From an uncultured virus (IMG/VR IMGVR_UViG_3300045825_000547) (lineage: Duplodnaviria; Heunggongvirae; Uroviricota; Caudoviricetes): 55,116 nt of DNA. The translations under genes were made by a program, and so were the position numbers. The stretch is taken from IMG/VR virus record IMGVR_UViG_3300045825_000547; one strand, given 5' to 3'. The notes below the pieces were generated by a model. That model was not told where the DNA came from. It did no database searches and worked only from the letters and a program-made list of their open reading frames with translations. Below are positions 26,434 through 34,353 of the stretch, piece by piece. Every line of letters begins with the position of its first letter. Within the stretch, counting starts at the first letter, position 1.

Positions 26434-28795
26434 TATAGTTCTTTCGATTAACCCAGCTCTTGCCGTAAAGGTTGGACAAGCATCTGAGAGACTTGCCACT
26501 TATGGTGAAGCATCTTATGTGTTCAAGTGGTTGTTTAGTAACAAAGCTAGTAAGCCGGAAAAGAGTAGTTTGCCTATAAGTCCTCCGAGGCAGGTAGATG
26601 CTGATATTAATACATACAGTACTAGAGCACTAGAAGCTAGAGCTACGTTTCTCCCACCATCATCAAATGCTGTTGTGTGGTTGAATGTGTTTATTGAGCT
26701 TGATAGGTTAATAGACCTAGAGATAAAGAATAAGTATAAGAGTAACTTAAATATCTTAACGGATGTTAGGCCTTTCATACTTACTACGGTGAAGGAGTTG
26801 CTTCAACAGATTGATGCCGACCCTTTGTATGCTCCGGCATTAGTAGAGTACTTTGGTACATATAACTATAACCCCCTATCTAACACTATGTTCCAGGTTA
26901 GTAACCTTTCTACTGGTGCAGAGGAAGAACTCAATAATCTGATAGAAGCCCTAACTGAATTCACTCTCCATTATTTCTACTCTGAGTGGATACCTGCTAA
27001 CTGGAAAGGAGGCGTGAGTACAGTGCCTATTTGTGTGTATGAGTCATCTGCCATGATAGATGCCATTAAGACACACAACACCAAGATGGAATTTATAAGG
27101 AAACAAGCATTCCTCACAGCACCAGGTGGGTGGGACATAGTAATGCAGAGTTGTAAGGATAGTGTGAAAGCTGATGCAATTAACCACCACATTCCTCCCG
27201 TATTGCCAGGCCCTCTCCGTCAGCCTACAGACATAACAAATATTAAAACATACTGTAGAGCTAAGGTGAAAACTGTCATAGAAGGTGTGGTAGCTGATCC
27301 TAAATATGCTCCCATGCTTAGTAGGTATTTTGGTAAGCATTATGACAAAACTAAACTATCTATTTTAGCTAACGCTTCCCTGAATGTGCATTCATTCCCT
27401 ATGAGCGATAGGGCAGAGATTGAGCACTCTTATGCCTTCTGGAGTAATAACGTAAGCATTGCCTTCGATAATGCCCCCGTTAAGGCTGCAGTGAAGAACT
27501 ACTTTGATAACGTTGACCCTGTGCTTGTTCCTGCATTTGTTAGTGATGGTGCTGCAAGGAAACAGGTACTCACTCAGATAGGTGATTGGTACAAAACAGC
27601 TATAGAGAACCCAGCAGACAATGTGCTTAAGGGGTTAGGAATGGTAATGAAAGATTACTCGAATGCTTTTGCCGTTGCTCCGTTTGGTGCAGAGGTGAAG
27701 GGGATAGTGGGTAGTCCTGTTACTAGACTTAGTGGCCTCACCACTTCTATTGCTACAGCACTATCAGTTCTTCGTCAAAAGGCTCCTGTGTTCCAACATG
27801 ATGCCGAGGCTTGGAGTAGTTGCGTAGTGCTACTGGCATTTAGTAGCGACATAAGTGGTTCTATCATAATGAGTTTAGTGACTCTGTTTATGATGTTTGG
27901 TTATAAGCAGGGAGAGATAGCTGATATCCTTTCGGGGCTAGGTCAGCCTGAGTTCAGTAGAGTATATCCACAGATTCATGAGCTTATTCAAGCAGGTGCT
28001 GCGTTCCCTAGTGAGATGGATAGACTAGTGAGAGATGCGGGACTAAATGATATTAGCTTAGACCTAGGGTTAGAGCACGCAGTAGGTGAATGGGTAGGGA
28101 ATGCTCTTAAACCTTTTGCTGATGCAGAGCAAAGCTTTAAAGACTTAGCAGGGAATATACGAGATACAGCAGTTGGGACAACCCAGAAGGTAATCAATGA
28201 GTTCACGCAATCAGCTCATGCAAATGAGGGGCCTAATGCTGCGGTGATGCGCGGAATAGATATAGGAAAGAAAGACGTTAATCTCATTCCGCCGTTTGAT
28301 ACCTGGTTCGACATCTTATCCCTCTCAGCCATCCTCGGCCCGTTTAATGATGCATTATCTGCAGCTACTAATGGCATCTCTACCACATTTAAGAATGCAG
28401 ATAAGGCTTTGGCCACTATAGAGAAAGTGTATGACCAGCCTAGTGTGTATATACAAAACATAACTAGGGTGAGTGAGGATGTGGATAAGCTAGTAAATAT
28501 CAGGAAGGATGTGTTGAAGAAGGTGGGAGATATATTGATAGACGGAACTAGTGGACTTAAGACTCCGCAGTTCGCAGCTCTAGCAGTTCCCTTAGTGAAA
28601 GGGGGGACAGAGAAGCTTAGGTTTATCCTAAACGATATGATCATTAATAGCCCATCTCGTCCGAAAGAACTAGATGCACCATATGGGATGATAATTCCTA
28701 TAATCTTAGTGGGGGCATCAACACTACAAGCACCAGTTGAGTTAGTGAGAGATGCCTTGTTCAAAATGTTCACCATAACTGAAGTAAAGAAATAA
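26426..28795 (+). CDS. Large putative structural protein (789 aa)
   Basis: Long ORF in baseplate cluster; internal ADPxYAPxLxxYFG repeat. Confidence 0.7.
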   Translation: MTNIVLSINPALAVKVGQASERLATYGEASYVFKWLFSNKASKPEKSSLPISPPRQVDADINTYSTRALEARATFLPPSSNAVVWLNVFIELDRLIDLEIKNKYKSNLNILTDVRPFILTTVKELLQQIDADPLYAPALVEYFGTYNYNPLSNTMFQVSNLSTGAEEELNNLIEALTEFTLHYFYSEWIPANWKGGVSTVPICVYESSAMIDAIKTHNTKMEFIRKQAFLTAPGGWDIVMQSCKDSVKADAINHHIPPVLPGPLRQPTDITNIKTYCRAKVKTVIEGVVADPKYAPMLSRYFGKHYDKTKLSILANASLNVHSFPMSDRAEIEHSYAFWSNNVSIAFDNAPVKAAVKNYFDNVDPVLVPAFVSDGAARKQVLTQIGDWYKTAIENPADNVLKGLGMVMKDYSNAFAVAPFGAEVKGIVGSPVTRLSGLTTSIATALSVLRQKAPVFQHDAEAWSSCVVLLAFSSDISGSIIMSLVTLFMMFGYKQGEIADILSGLGQPEFSRVYPQIHELIQAGAAFPSEMDRLVRDAGLNDISLDLGLEHAVGEWVGNALKPFADAEQSFKDLAGNIRDTAVGTTQKVINEFTQSAHANEGPNAAVMRGIDIGKKDVNLIPPFDTWFDILSLSAILGPFNDALSAATNGISTTFKNADKALATIEKVYDQPSVYIQNITRVSEDVDKLVNIRKDVLKKVGDILIDGTSGLKTPQFAALAVPLVKGGTEKLRFILNDMIINSPSRPKELDAPYGMIIPIILVGASTLQAPVELVRDALFKMFTITEVKK

Positions 28796-28807
28796 AGGAA
28801 AGCAATT

Positions 28808-29239
28808 ATGAGTATTCAAGATACATGGGAAAGTATGTTTAACGTTAAGCCTACACAAGCTGAGGAAAACATAGCTAGAGCCGTTATAGGGAAATTGGAT
28901 AGAAAGTATCCAGTTATCTTCCAAAGAGCCGGCAGTCAACGTTTCTGTGAGGCTGACAGCGAGAAAGAAACTATAGGGGATGCAGTAGATGGTAAAGGGG
29001 AAGAAGGGAGAGATTATGAGATCTCTACCGATGGGACTATAAACTGGGGTGTGTGCACAAACGATACCTCCGGGGACTGTAGTAGATACTTCACTGTTAG
29101 CAACTACAACTACGTGATAAAGACTGTTATTCTCAGAGATGCTAAGCAATACATCACACAGAAACAACAAAGCGTTACTATCAAAGATGCAAAGATTAAG
29201 TACATGTGCCAGTCATTACTTAACCACATGATAGGGTGA
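28808..29239 (+). CDS. Hypothetical protein
   Basis: AAGGA SD; 143 aa. Confidence 0.7.
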   Translation: MSIQDTWESMFNVKPTQAEENIARAVIGKLDRKYPVIFQRAGSQRFCEADSEKETIGDAVDGKGEEGRDYEISTDGTINWGVCTNDTSGDCSRYFTVSNYNYVIKTVILRDAKQYITQKQQSVTIKDAKIKYMCQSLLNHMIG

Positions 29240-29243
29240 CTGT

Positions 29244-29381
29244 ATGTCCTATATTTTGTTTTTAGTCGGTGTGGTAATTGGTATAGTCATTGGGGCAATA
29301 TTTGGAATGTTGCTTCTAGTAATTTGTACCGAACCAGTTCGCTATGATACAGACAGACGAGATTGGGATGAAGGTAGGTAA
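29244..29381 (+). CDS. 45-aa membrane microprotein (not in ORF track)
   Basis: MSYILFLVGVVIGIVIGAIFGMLLLVICTEPVRYDTDRRDWDEGR*. Confidence 0.55.
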   Translation: MSYILFLVGVVIGIVIGAIFGMLLLVICTEPVRYDTDRRDWDEGR

Positions 29382-29386
29382 GGCAT

Positions 29387-29491
29387 ATGAGTAATTACTT
29401 TGTATATGTAGCGATAAGAGTGTTGCTTTCTTTTTTAGCTTTCCTAGCGCTTCTTGGGGTTTGGTTAGATAGTTTAGGAGGAGGGGAATAA
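29387..29491 (+). CDS. 34-aa hydrophobic microprotein (not in ORF track)
   Basis: MSNYFVYVAIRVLLSFLAFLALLGVWLDSLGGGE*; TAATG overlap with next gene; also contains a terminator-like hairpin plus TTTTTTAGCT, so may be spurious. Confidence 0.4.
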   Translation: MSNYFVYVAIRVLLSFLAFLALLGVWLDSLGGGE

Positions 29492-29868
29492 TGGATAAAC
29501 CTGTAACAAAATATAAACTGATGGCAGAACAAGAGACTCCAGAGCAAAGAGCTAAACGCTTGGAGTACTGTAAAGAGGCTTCCAGGAAATATAGATTAAA
29601 AGTCGGATCTACTGTCGCTATGGATAGGTTTTATTCTAAGTTTACGGAAGAGGAAAGACTTGCGTATGTAGGGAAAAAGTATAGAACCTACAGAGCTAAC
29701 AGGAAAGCTAAAGAAAATGCTGAGCAAAAAGAAGACAGATTAAAGAAAGAAAGAATTAGAAATAATAGATATTACGCAAAGAAAAAGGTGGACCCAGAGA
29801 GATATAAGCTGCTGCAAGAAAAACAGAAAGCCTATAGGGATAAGAGGAGGGACGAGAGTAATGAATAA
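29491..29868 (+). CDS. Lys/Arg-rich helical-repeat (STPR-like) putative DNA-binding protein
   Basis: GGAGGAGG SD; ETPEQRAKRL / FTEEER / ENAEQKEDRL units. Confidence 0.7.
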   Translation: MDKPVTKYKLMAEQETPEQRAKRLEYCKEASRKYRLKVGSTVAMDRFYSKFTEEERLAYVGKKYRTYRANRKAKENAEQKEDRLKKERIRNNRYYAKKKVDPERYKLLQEKQKAYRDKRRDESNE

Positions 29869-30076
29869 TATGCAATATAGTCACGCGATTCAGCAGTCGC
29901 AAATACAAAACCTACAAACACAAAACATGATAATGATGGCGCAGAATAGTCATCAGAGTGGGGGAAGAATGGAACAACCCCCAATATGGCCCGTGGTATT
30001 AATGGTGCTAGTTGGCTGCATCTTTCTTGCTGCTACAGTATGGTGGAGTGATAGGCAGGAGAGAAAGAATGGATAA
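29861..30076 (+). CDS. Small membrane protein
   Basis: Q-rich N-terminus then PIWPVVLMVLVGCIFLAATVWW. Confidence 0.65.
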   Translation: MNNMQYSHAIQQSQIQNLQTQNMIMMAQNSHQSGGRMEQPPIWPVVLMVLVGCIFLAATVWWSDRQERKNG

Positions 30077-30224
30077 CCCGTTACAGCGGTTAGGTATGGT
30101 GAGTAAAAGTCATCAGGGGGAAGAAGTGCACATGGAGAATATCGGAGTACTAGTGCTTCCGGGGATTCTACTTTTCCTAATTCTGTTGGGGTATATGTGG
30201 TGGAGAATAACTAAAGATGATTAA
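30069..30224 (+). CDS. Small membrane protein
   Basis: GVLVLPGILLFLILLGYMWWR; start 30069 or 30132. Confidence 0.55.
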   Translation: MDNPLQRLGMVSKSHQGEEVHMENIGVLVLPGILLFLILLGYMWWRITKDD

Positions 30225-30489
30225 ACTTACCGAAGAAGAAATAAGAGAAAAGAAAAGGGCATACTCCAGTCGTTATAGGGAGATAGTAGGGAACACCCCT
30301 GTGGATAGATTTTATGCTAGAATGCCCGAAGAAGAAAGGAAACTGTATAAAACAAAAAAGCAAGAGTATGACAAGGAATACAGGGCTAGACGAAAACTCA
30401 CAGAAACACCAGAACAGAGAGAAAAGCGAAAAGAGAGCGATAGAGTTAGAGAAAAACGTGCATATTATAAAAGAAAAGAGGGCAAGTAG
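30217..30489 (+). CDS. Lys/Arg-rich paralog of 29491-29868
   Basis: VGNTPVDRFYARMPEEER vs VGSTVAMDRFYSKFTEEER; ETPEQREKR. Confidence 0.7.
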   Translation: MIKLTEEEIREKKRAYSSRYREIVGNTPVDRFYARMPEEERKLYKTKKQEYDKEYRARRKLTETPEQREKRKESDRVREKRAYYKRKEGK

Positions 30490-30490
30490 G

Positions 30491-30682
30491 ATGCATCACC
30501 TCCACCATTTTCTAGAGGATTATGATAGGAACATTCTCTCTTGCATGTTTCCTGATGGATGGAAGAGCTTAAGGGAAGAAGCTAAAGAAGAGAGTATTCC
30601 GCCCAACGATGAATTGCTAAAGACTGAAAAGGAATTGGGAGATGTGGATGCTGTGGGACTTGTGTGGGTACATAGATATTAA
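30491..30682 (+). CDS. Small hypothetical protein
   Basis: ATG 2 nt after previous stop; weak SD. Confidence 0.45.
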   Translation: MHHLHHFLEDYDRNILSCMFPDGWKSLREEAKEESIPPNDELLKTEKELGDVDAVGLVWVHRY

Positions 30683-30907
30683 GTACTGAAATTAATTTTG
30701 TTCCTAATATCTATATGTGATTACTCTAACGAATAAATTCATCAGCTTCTAGGGATTTAGAATTTACATTTTTACCCAGAGAATCTAATCCGAGTCTCAG
30801 ACTTTAATTATACTATATATAAAGGCAGCTACCCTCTGAAAAACAATTCACTGAATTAGAGCCTTGTCCCAGTTTTAGCTATAACAGTCTATCATTACCG
30901 TTGAGTT

Positions 30908-31050
30908 AATTGTAAAGCACTGTAACAACTATTTTATCTACCCCAAACCTAATGATATAAAGATTCCTACATATCCAGAAGGTTGTAGCTTCATCCCCTT
31001 TATTTTTAGTGATATACGACACAAAATAGTTGTTACAGTGCTTTACAATT
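30908..31050. repeat. Perfect 28-bp inverted repeat with 87-bp spacer
   Basis: AATTGTAAAGCACTGTAACAACTATTTT (30908-30935) / AAAATAGTTGTTACAGTGCTTTACAATT (31023-31050). Confidence 0.9.
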
Positions 31051-31054
31051 GGGG

Positions 31055-31092
31055 TTAAAATCAAGCTGTTTTTTGGCATAAGATATATGAAA
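31055..31092 (+). promoter_or_regulatory. Putative phage early promoter, copy 5
   Basis: TTAA-N15-TGGCATAAGATATATGAAAG, followed by two hairpins and a GAGGAG SD. Confidence 0.65.
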
Positions 31093-31177
31093 GAAGAAAA
31101 GGCAAACTAATTGATATGGTCAATTCAGTTCCTTTCTTTATTATATTTTTGGCATTATTTTTGCCGAGGAGAACACT

Positions 31178-32149
31178 ATGCAATTAATATCTTTGACCAA
31201 CGAACAAATAAGTAATGGACTTAGCGGTCCATTAAAATGGGAGTTGGTGTTAGGAGATCAACTTTCTAAAGATTTTGTTCAACATATCATTCCCAATTCT
31301 AAACAAGCGGAGGCGTACTTTTTAAAGTACAATGCCCTTCATATCCTTACAGACCGATGGGGTTTGCTATCTGATTGGGTTCCTGATAATCTTCTTCCAA
31401 AAACCACAGAATGCTGGGGTGGTTGGGTACAACTAAATGCTGATAGAAGAGCTATAGTAAAATATGTAGGGGGGTGGCATGATAGACAGATACAGGAGTT
31501 ATTTGATTTACAAATCCCCCTCCAGACTGATGTAATTCCCGAAATCAGGGATTTGCACCTGGTTGCGCAAGCTGGTGCATTGGGGTGGCCGGTAAAACTT
31601 TCACAAGAAGAACTCTATTGTGATTACCTAAAGGAGGAGGACACTCTACCTGCAGAGTTGATCCTTGAGGTTATGAATAAGAAAATTTATAGTAAGACTC
31701 GTGAAGGGTTCACCACTGTTACTCCTTTCCATAGATGGCTCAACAGTGAGCCTGTATGGGAGATCATAAAAACTAATAACAGAATAGAGGAATTTATTAA
31801 TAGATTTCAACACGAGTTATTAGAACGTTGCGCGTTTCTGTACAGAGAGTTACCGATACATCAGCTTCCTGGTCGTTTGGCACTCATCAGGGTTGGGTCT
31901 ATTCGTCATGTTGATAGGTACAACAACAAAGATTTTTATGGAATGAGGTTAGACTTAGCAACCCAAACTATAAGAATAGATGACGATGATTATGAGGATG
32001 TAATGTTATCCGACTCCCAAATGCAGACTGTTATGGAAGTGCTTCAACGCTTCGGGGAGATAGACTTCAATCACGATTGCCCTGACGAGGACAGCGACAT
32101 TGTGGAGTGTCTCACTGACCGCTTCAAGCCCTTAGTGACTGGGCAGTAA
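31178..32149 (+). CDS. Hypothetical protein (323 aa) in early cassette
   Basis: GAGGAG SD; flanked by promoter copy 5 and a terminator. Confidence 0.8.
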   Translation: MQLISLTNEQISNGLSGPLKWELVLGDQLSKDFVQHIIPNSKQAEAYFLKYNALHILTDRWGLLSDWVPDNLLPKTTECWGGWVQLNADRRAIVKYVGGWHDRQIQELFDLQIPLQTDVIPEIRDLHLVAQAGALGWPVKLSQEELYCDYLKEEDTLPAELILEVMNKKIYSKTREGFTTVTPFHRWLNSEPVWEIIKTNNRIEEFINRFQHELLERCAFLYRELPIHQLPGRLALIRVGSIRHVDRYNNKDFYGMRLDLATQTIRIDDDDYEDVMLSDSQMQTVMEVLQRFGEIDFNHDCPDEDSDIVECLTDRFKPLVTGQ

Positions 32150-32156
32150 GTTACCC

Positions 32157-32190
32157 AAAGAACCAACTAACCCTTGGTTCTTTTTCTTTT
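32157..32190 (+). terminator. Intrinsic terminator
   Basis: AAAGAACCAA-ctaaccc-TTGGTTCTTT plus T-tract; same loop family as 2182 and 4086. Confidence 0.75.
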
Positions 32191-32232
32191 TTATTATTAT
32201 ATTTGCCATGATGTATGGCAAGGAGGTCCATT

Positions 32233-32508
32233 ATGCAATCACCAAGTTTTTGGGGGGTTAATACGAAACTTGTAGGGAAAGACCTGGTACTTACCTACAC
32301 AATGTACAGGCACTCTGGTAAAAGTGCGTATAACGTGCAGCAGAAGGATATGACAACTCCTGCAGAGCTAGCAGGGATTGCAAGAGGACTCACCACGTTT
32401 GTAACTAGTAGGCACGCCTGCAATTACTGCACGTCGAGTAAAAGTGGCCCTAGCGCTTTTTGTACACAGTGTGGTGAGGCTACGCTTCACCCCTTAATCG
32501 GGGAGTAG
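32233..32508 (+). CDS. Small protein with C-terminal Zn-ribbon
   Basis: AGGAGG SD; CNYC...CTQC. Confidence 0.7.
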   Translation: MQSPSFWGVNTKLVGKDLVLTYTMYRHSGKSAYNVQQKDMTTPAELAGIARGLTTFVTSRHACNYCTSSKSGPSAFCTQCGEATLHPLIGE

Positions 32509-32513
32509 CACCA

Positions 32514-32825
32514 ATGAGTGACTTTATAAATACCTGGGGGAAAGATTTTCTTCCCGGGGTCTGGTATGAACGTCCTCCTGGAAGTTCTAGGGCCACAGAC
32601 TTCTGGAAGAAAGGAGAGGAGGAAGATTGGTACTATGGTGTATCAATCTACAAACACTCTGGTAAACTTGCCCACCCTTATCCAGAGTTGACAGAGAGAA
32701 TATATGTATATCCTAAAGTGTTGGTAGCGGATATACAATGGGCGGAAATAGCAGATGAAGCGTTGGCTACCTGTTATATCAAAAGGGTCAAAAACGGAAC
32801 TGTGATAGAGGGCTTTCGCCTATAG
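32514..32825 (+). CDS. 'VW-family' protein
   Basis: FLPGVWYE ... VADIQWAEI. Confidence 0.75.
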   Translation: MSDFINTWGKDFLPGVWYERPPGSSRATDFWKKGEEEDWYYGVSIYKHSGKLAHPYPELTERIYVYPKVLVADIQWAEIADEALATCYIKRVKNGTVIEGFRL

Positions 32826-32892
32826 TCCGAATTTGATTCTTTTTCTTTTTTTATTATATTTTTCCGCTGATGCGCGGGAAGGAGAAACAATT

Positions 32893-33357
32893 ATGACAAC
32901 AAGAATGTTCTATGCTGAAGAGCAAAAACGAAAAACCTGGTTACAAGTTGTTAAGTTTTATGAAATTGCGGCAGAGGAAAGGGGGCTGGAGTGTCCTGCA
33001 CCTAGACAACTGAAAGAGTTAATAGAGAAACAGGGGTTTACCAAAACCTTTACAGACATATTTAAGTCCAATGCCTCTTCGGTCCATCAAAAACTTAAGA
33101 AGCTTTATATGGAGGGGGACGACTACTGCGCATTTGTTGCGCTTACGCGTGACGCAAGACGTAGAAGAGTCAAAAGAATCAACTTGACGGTAGCTACGCC
33201 TAATATTGAGTGGGCGTCTAATAACTCAAATTACTATTTCACTGACCTAAGTGAGGTAGATTCTTCTGCAATCTATGTATCGTTTCCCCAGGAAGGGGTA
33301 GTAAGGGTTCGGGTAGCAGATCTGTATCTGTTACATTCTATATTGTTTGTGGACTAA
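32893..33357 (+). CDS. Hypothetical protein
   Basis: AAGGAG SD before ATG 32893. Confidence 0.75.
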   Translation: MTTRMFYAEEQKRKTWLQVVKFYEIAAEERGLECPAPRQLKELIEKQGFTKTFTDIFKSNASSVHQKLKKLYMEGDDYCAFVALTRDARRRRVKRINLTVATPNIEWASNNSNYYFTDLSEVDSSAIYVSFPQEGVVRVRVADLYLLHSILFVD

Positions 33358-33370
33358 GGGGGGTACTGAT

Positions 33371-33673
33371 ATGACAAACATGTATGTAGCAACAGTCCTC
33401 TACCCGGAAAGGGTGGATAAAGCTGTTAAGGTTGATACCTTGATTGAGGGTGGTTGGTATGCAATTGACCAATTCCCGTTTTCGTGCAAATTTGTTAAAG
33501 TACTTGACGGGGTTAACCAAAAAGTTACACAAAAGTACCCAGTGGAAGTAGTCTCTCTGGATACCTTTACTACAGGTAATCATGTCCGATTACAGCTAGT
33601 TCCGCATAAGATGGCGGAAGACTTTGAAGATAGATATCGACACTGGTCTCAGTTTGGGGGGACAAAGAGATGA
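33371..33673 (+). CDS. 'VW-family' protein (divergent)
   Basis: LIEGGWYA ... VPHKMAEDFE. Confidence 0.7.
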   Translation: MTNMYVATVLYPERVDKAVKVDTLIEGGWYAIDQFPFSCKFVKVLDGVNQKVTQKYPVEVVSLDTFTTGNHVRLQLVPHKMAEDFEDRYRHWSQFGGTKR

Positions 33674-33978
33674 ATACTAAATTTCAGTCAATAGGCCTAC
33701 AAGAGTTCATACCCGGCGTGTGGTATGAGATGCGTGACGGCCGCACCCCAGAGTGCATCACGTTTTGGTCAAAGCGTGTAATTGATGAGGATCCGTTTTG
33801 TAAACTGATGGGGGTTTCTTTTATGAGAGGCATGCCTTTTGGTGAGGTAGACCAGCTTTATCTGTTAACACCTGTTCATTCGTATGACCGAGTGCCTTAC
33901 CCGATTTGTAGGAAGGCATCTATAACGTGGGCGGAGTATTGTGCTACCGCTCAAGAATTTCATGTATTTTCAAAATAA
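33670..33978 (+). CDS. 'VW-family' protein
   Basis: FIPGVWYE ... ASITWAEYC. Confidence 0.75.
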   Translation: MNTKFQSIGLQEFIPGVWYEMRDGRTPECITFWSKRVIDEDPFCKLMGVSFMRGMPFGEVDQLYLLTPVHSYDRVPYPICRKASITWAEYCATAQEFHVFSK

Positions 33979-33989
33979 GGGGGGAAACT

Positions 33990-34307
33990 ATGAATGTTAG
34001 TATGGCTGCCACCGGCGCGGCAGAGGGATTTATCGTTCCCCCATTTGGGAAGATACTTAAAGGGTTATGGTATGAGGAAAACCACTGGTGGAGATTTACG
34101 GGGATTGACCGCTTCATTATGTACCCCGAAGACTCCGAGGTGGGGTACTTCCTCAAATATGACCCAGAGTTCAGATCGGGGGATTATGGTTGGGTATTTA
34201 ATCTGTGCACAAGCCAACCCTCCGTGTGTTATGGTGTTAGGTTGGTAACCTTATTACAAGCCGAGCTTTGTGAAGAGGTGTTGAATAATAAGGGGAAAAC
34301 GAAATGA
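33990..34307 (+). CDS. 'VW-family' protein
   Basis: ILKGLWYE ... VTLLQAELC. Confidence 0.75.
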   Translation: MNVSMAATGAAEGFIVPPFGKILKGLWYEENHWWRFTGIDRFIMYPEDSEVGYFLKYDPEFRSGDYGWVFNLCTSQPSVCYGVRLVTLLQAELCEEVLNNKGKTK

Positions 34308-34310
34308 CGG

Positions 34311-34351
34311 AAAAAGAACCAGTCGTAGGATTGGCTCTTTTTCTTTTAGCT
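34311..34351. terminator. Probable bidirectional terminator
   Basis: AAAAAGAACCAGTC[gtag]GATTGGCTCTTTTT then CTTTTAGCT; between convergent genes. Confidence 0.75.
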
Positions 34352-34353
34352 TC

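Noticed and set aside
30683..31177. CRISPR array, tRNA or MITE in the non-coding region
   Set aside because: No spaced direct repeats, no cloverleaf, and no clear target-site duplication or transposase
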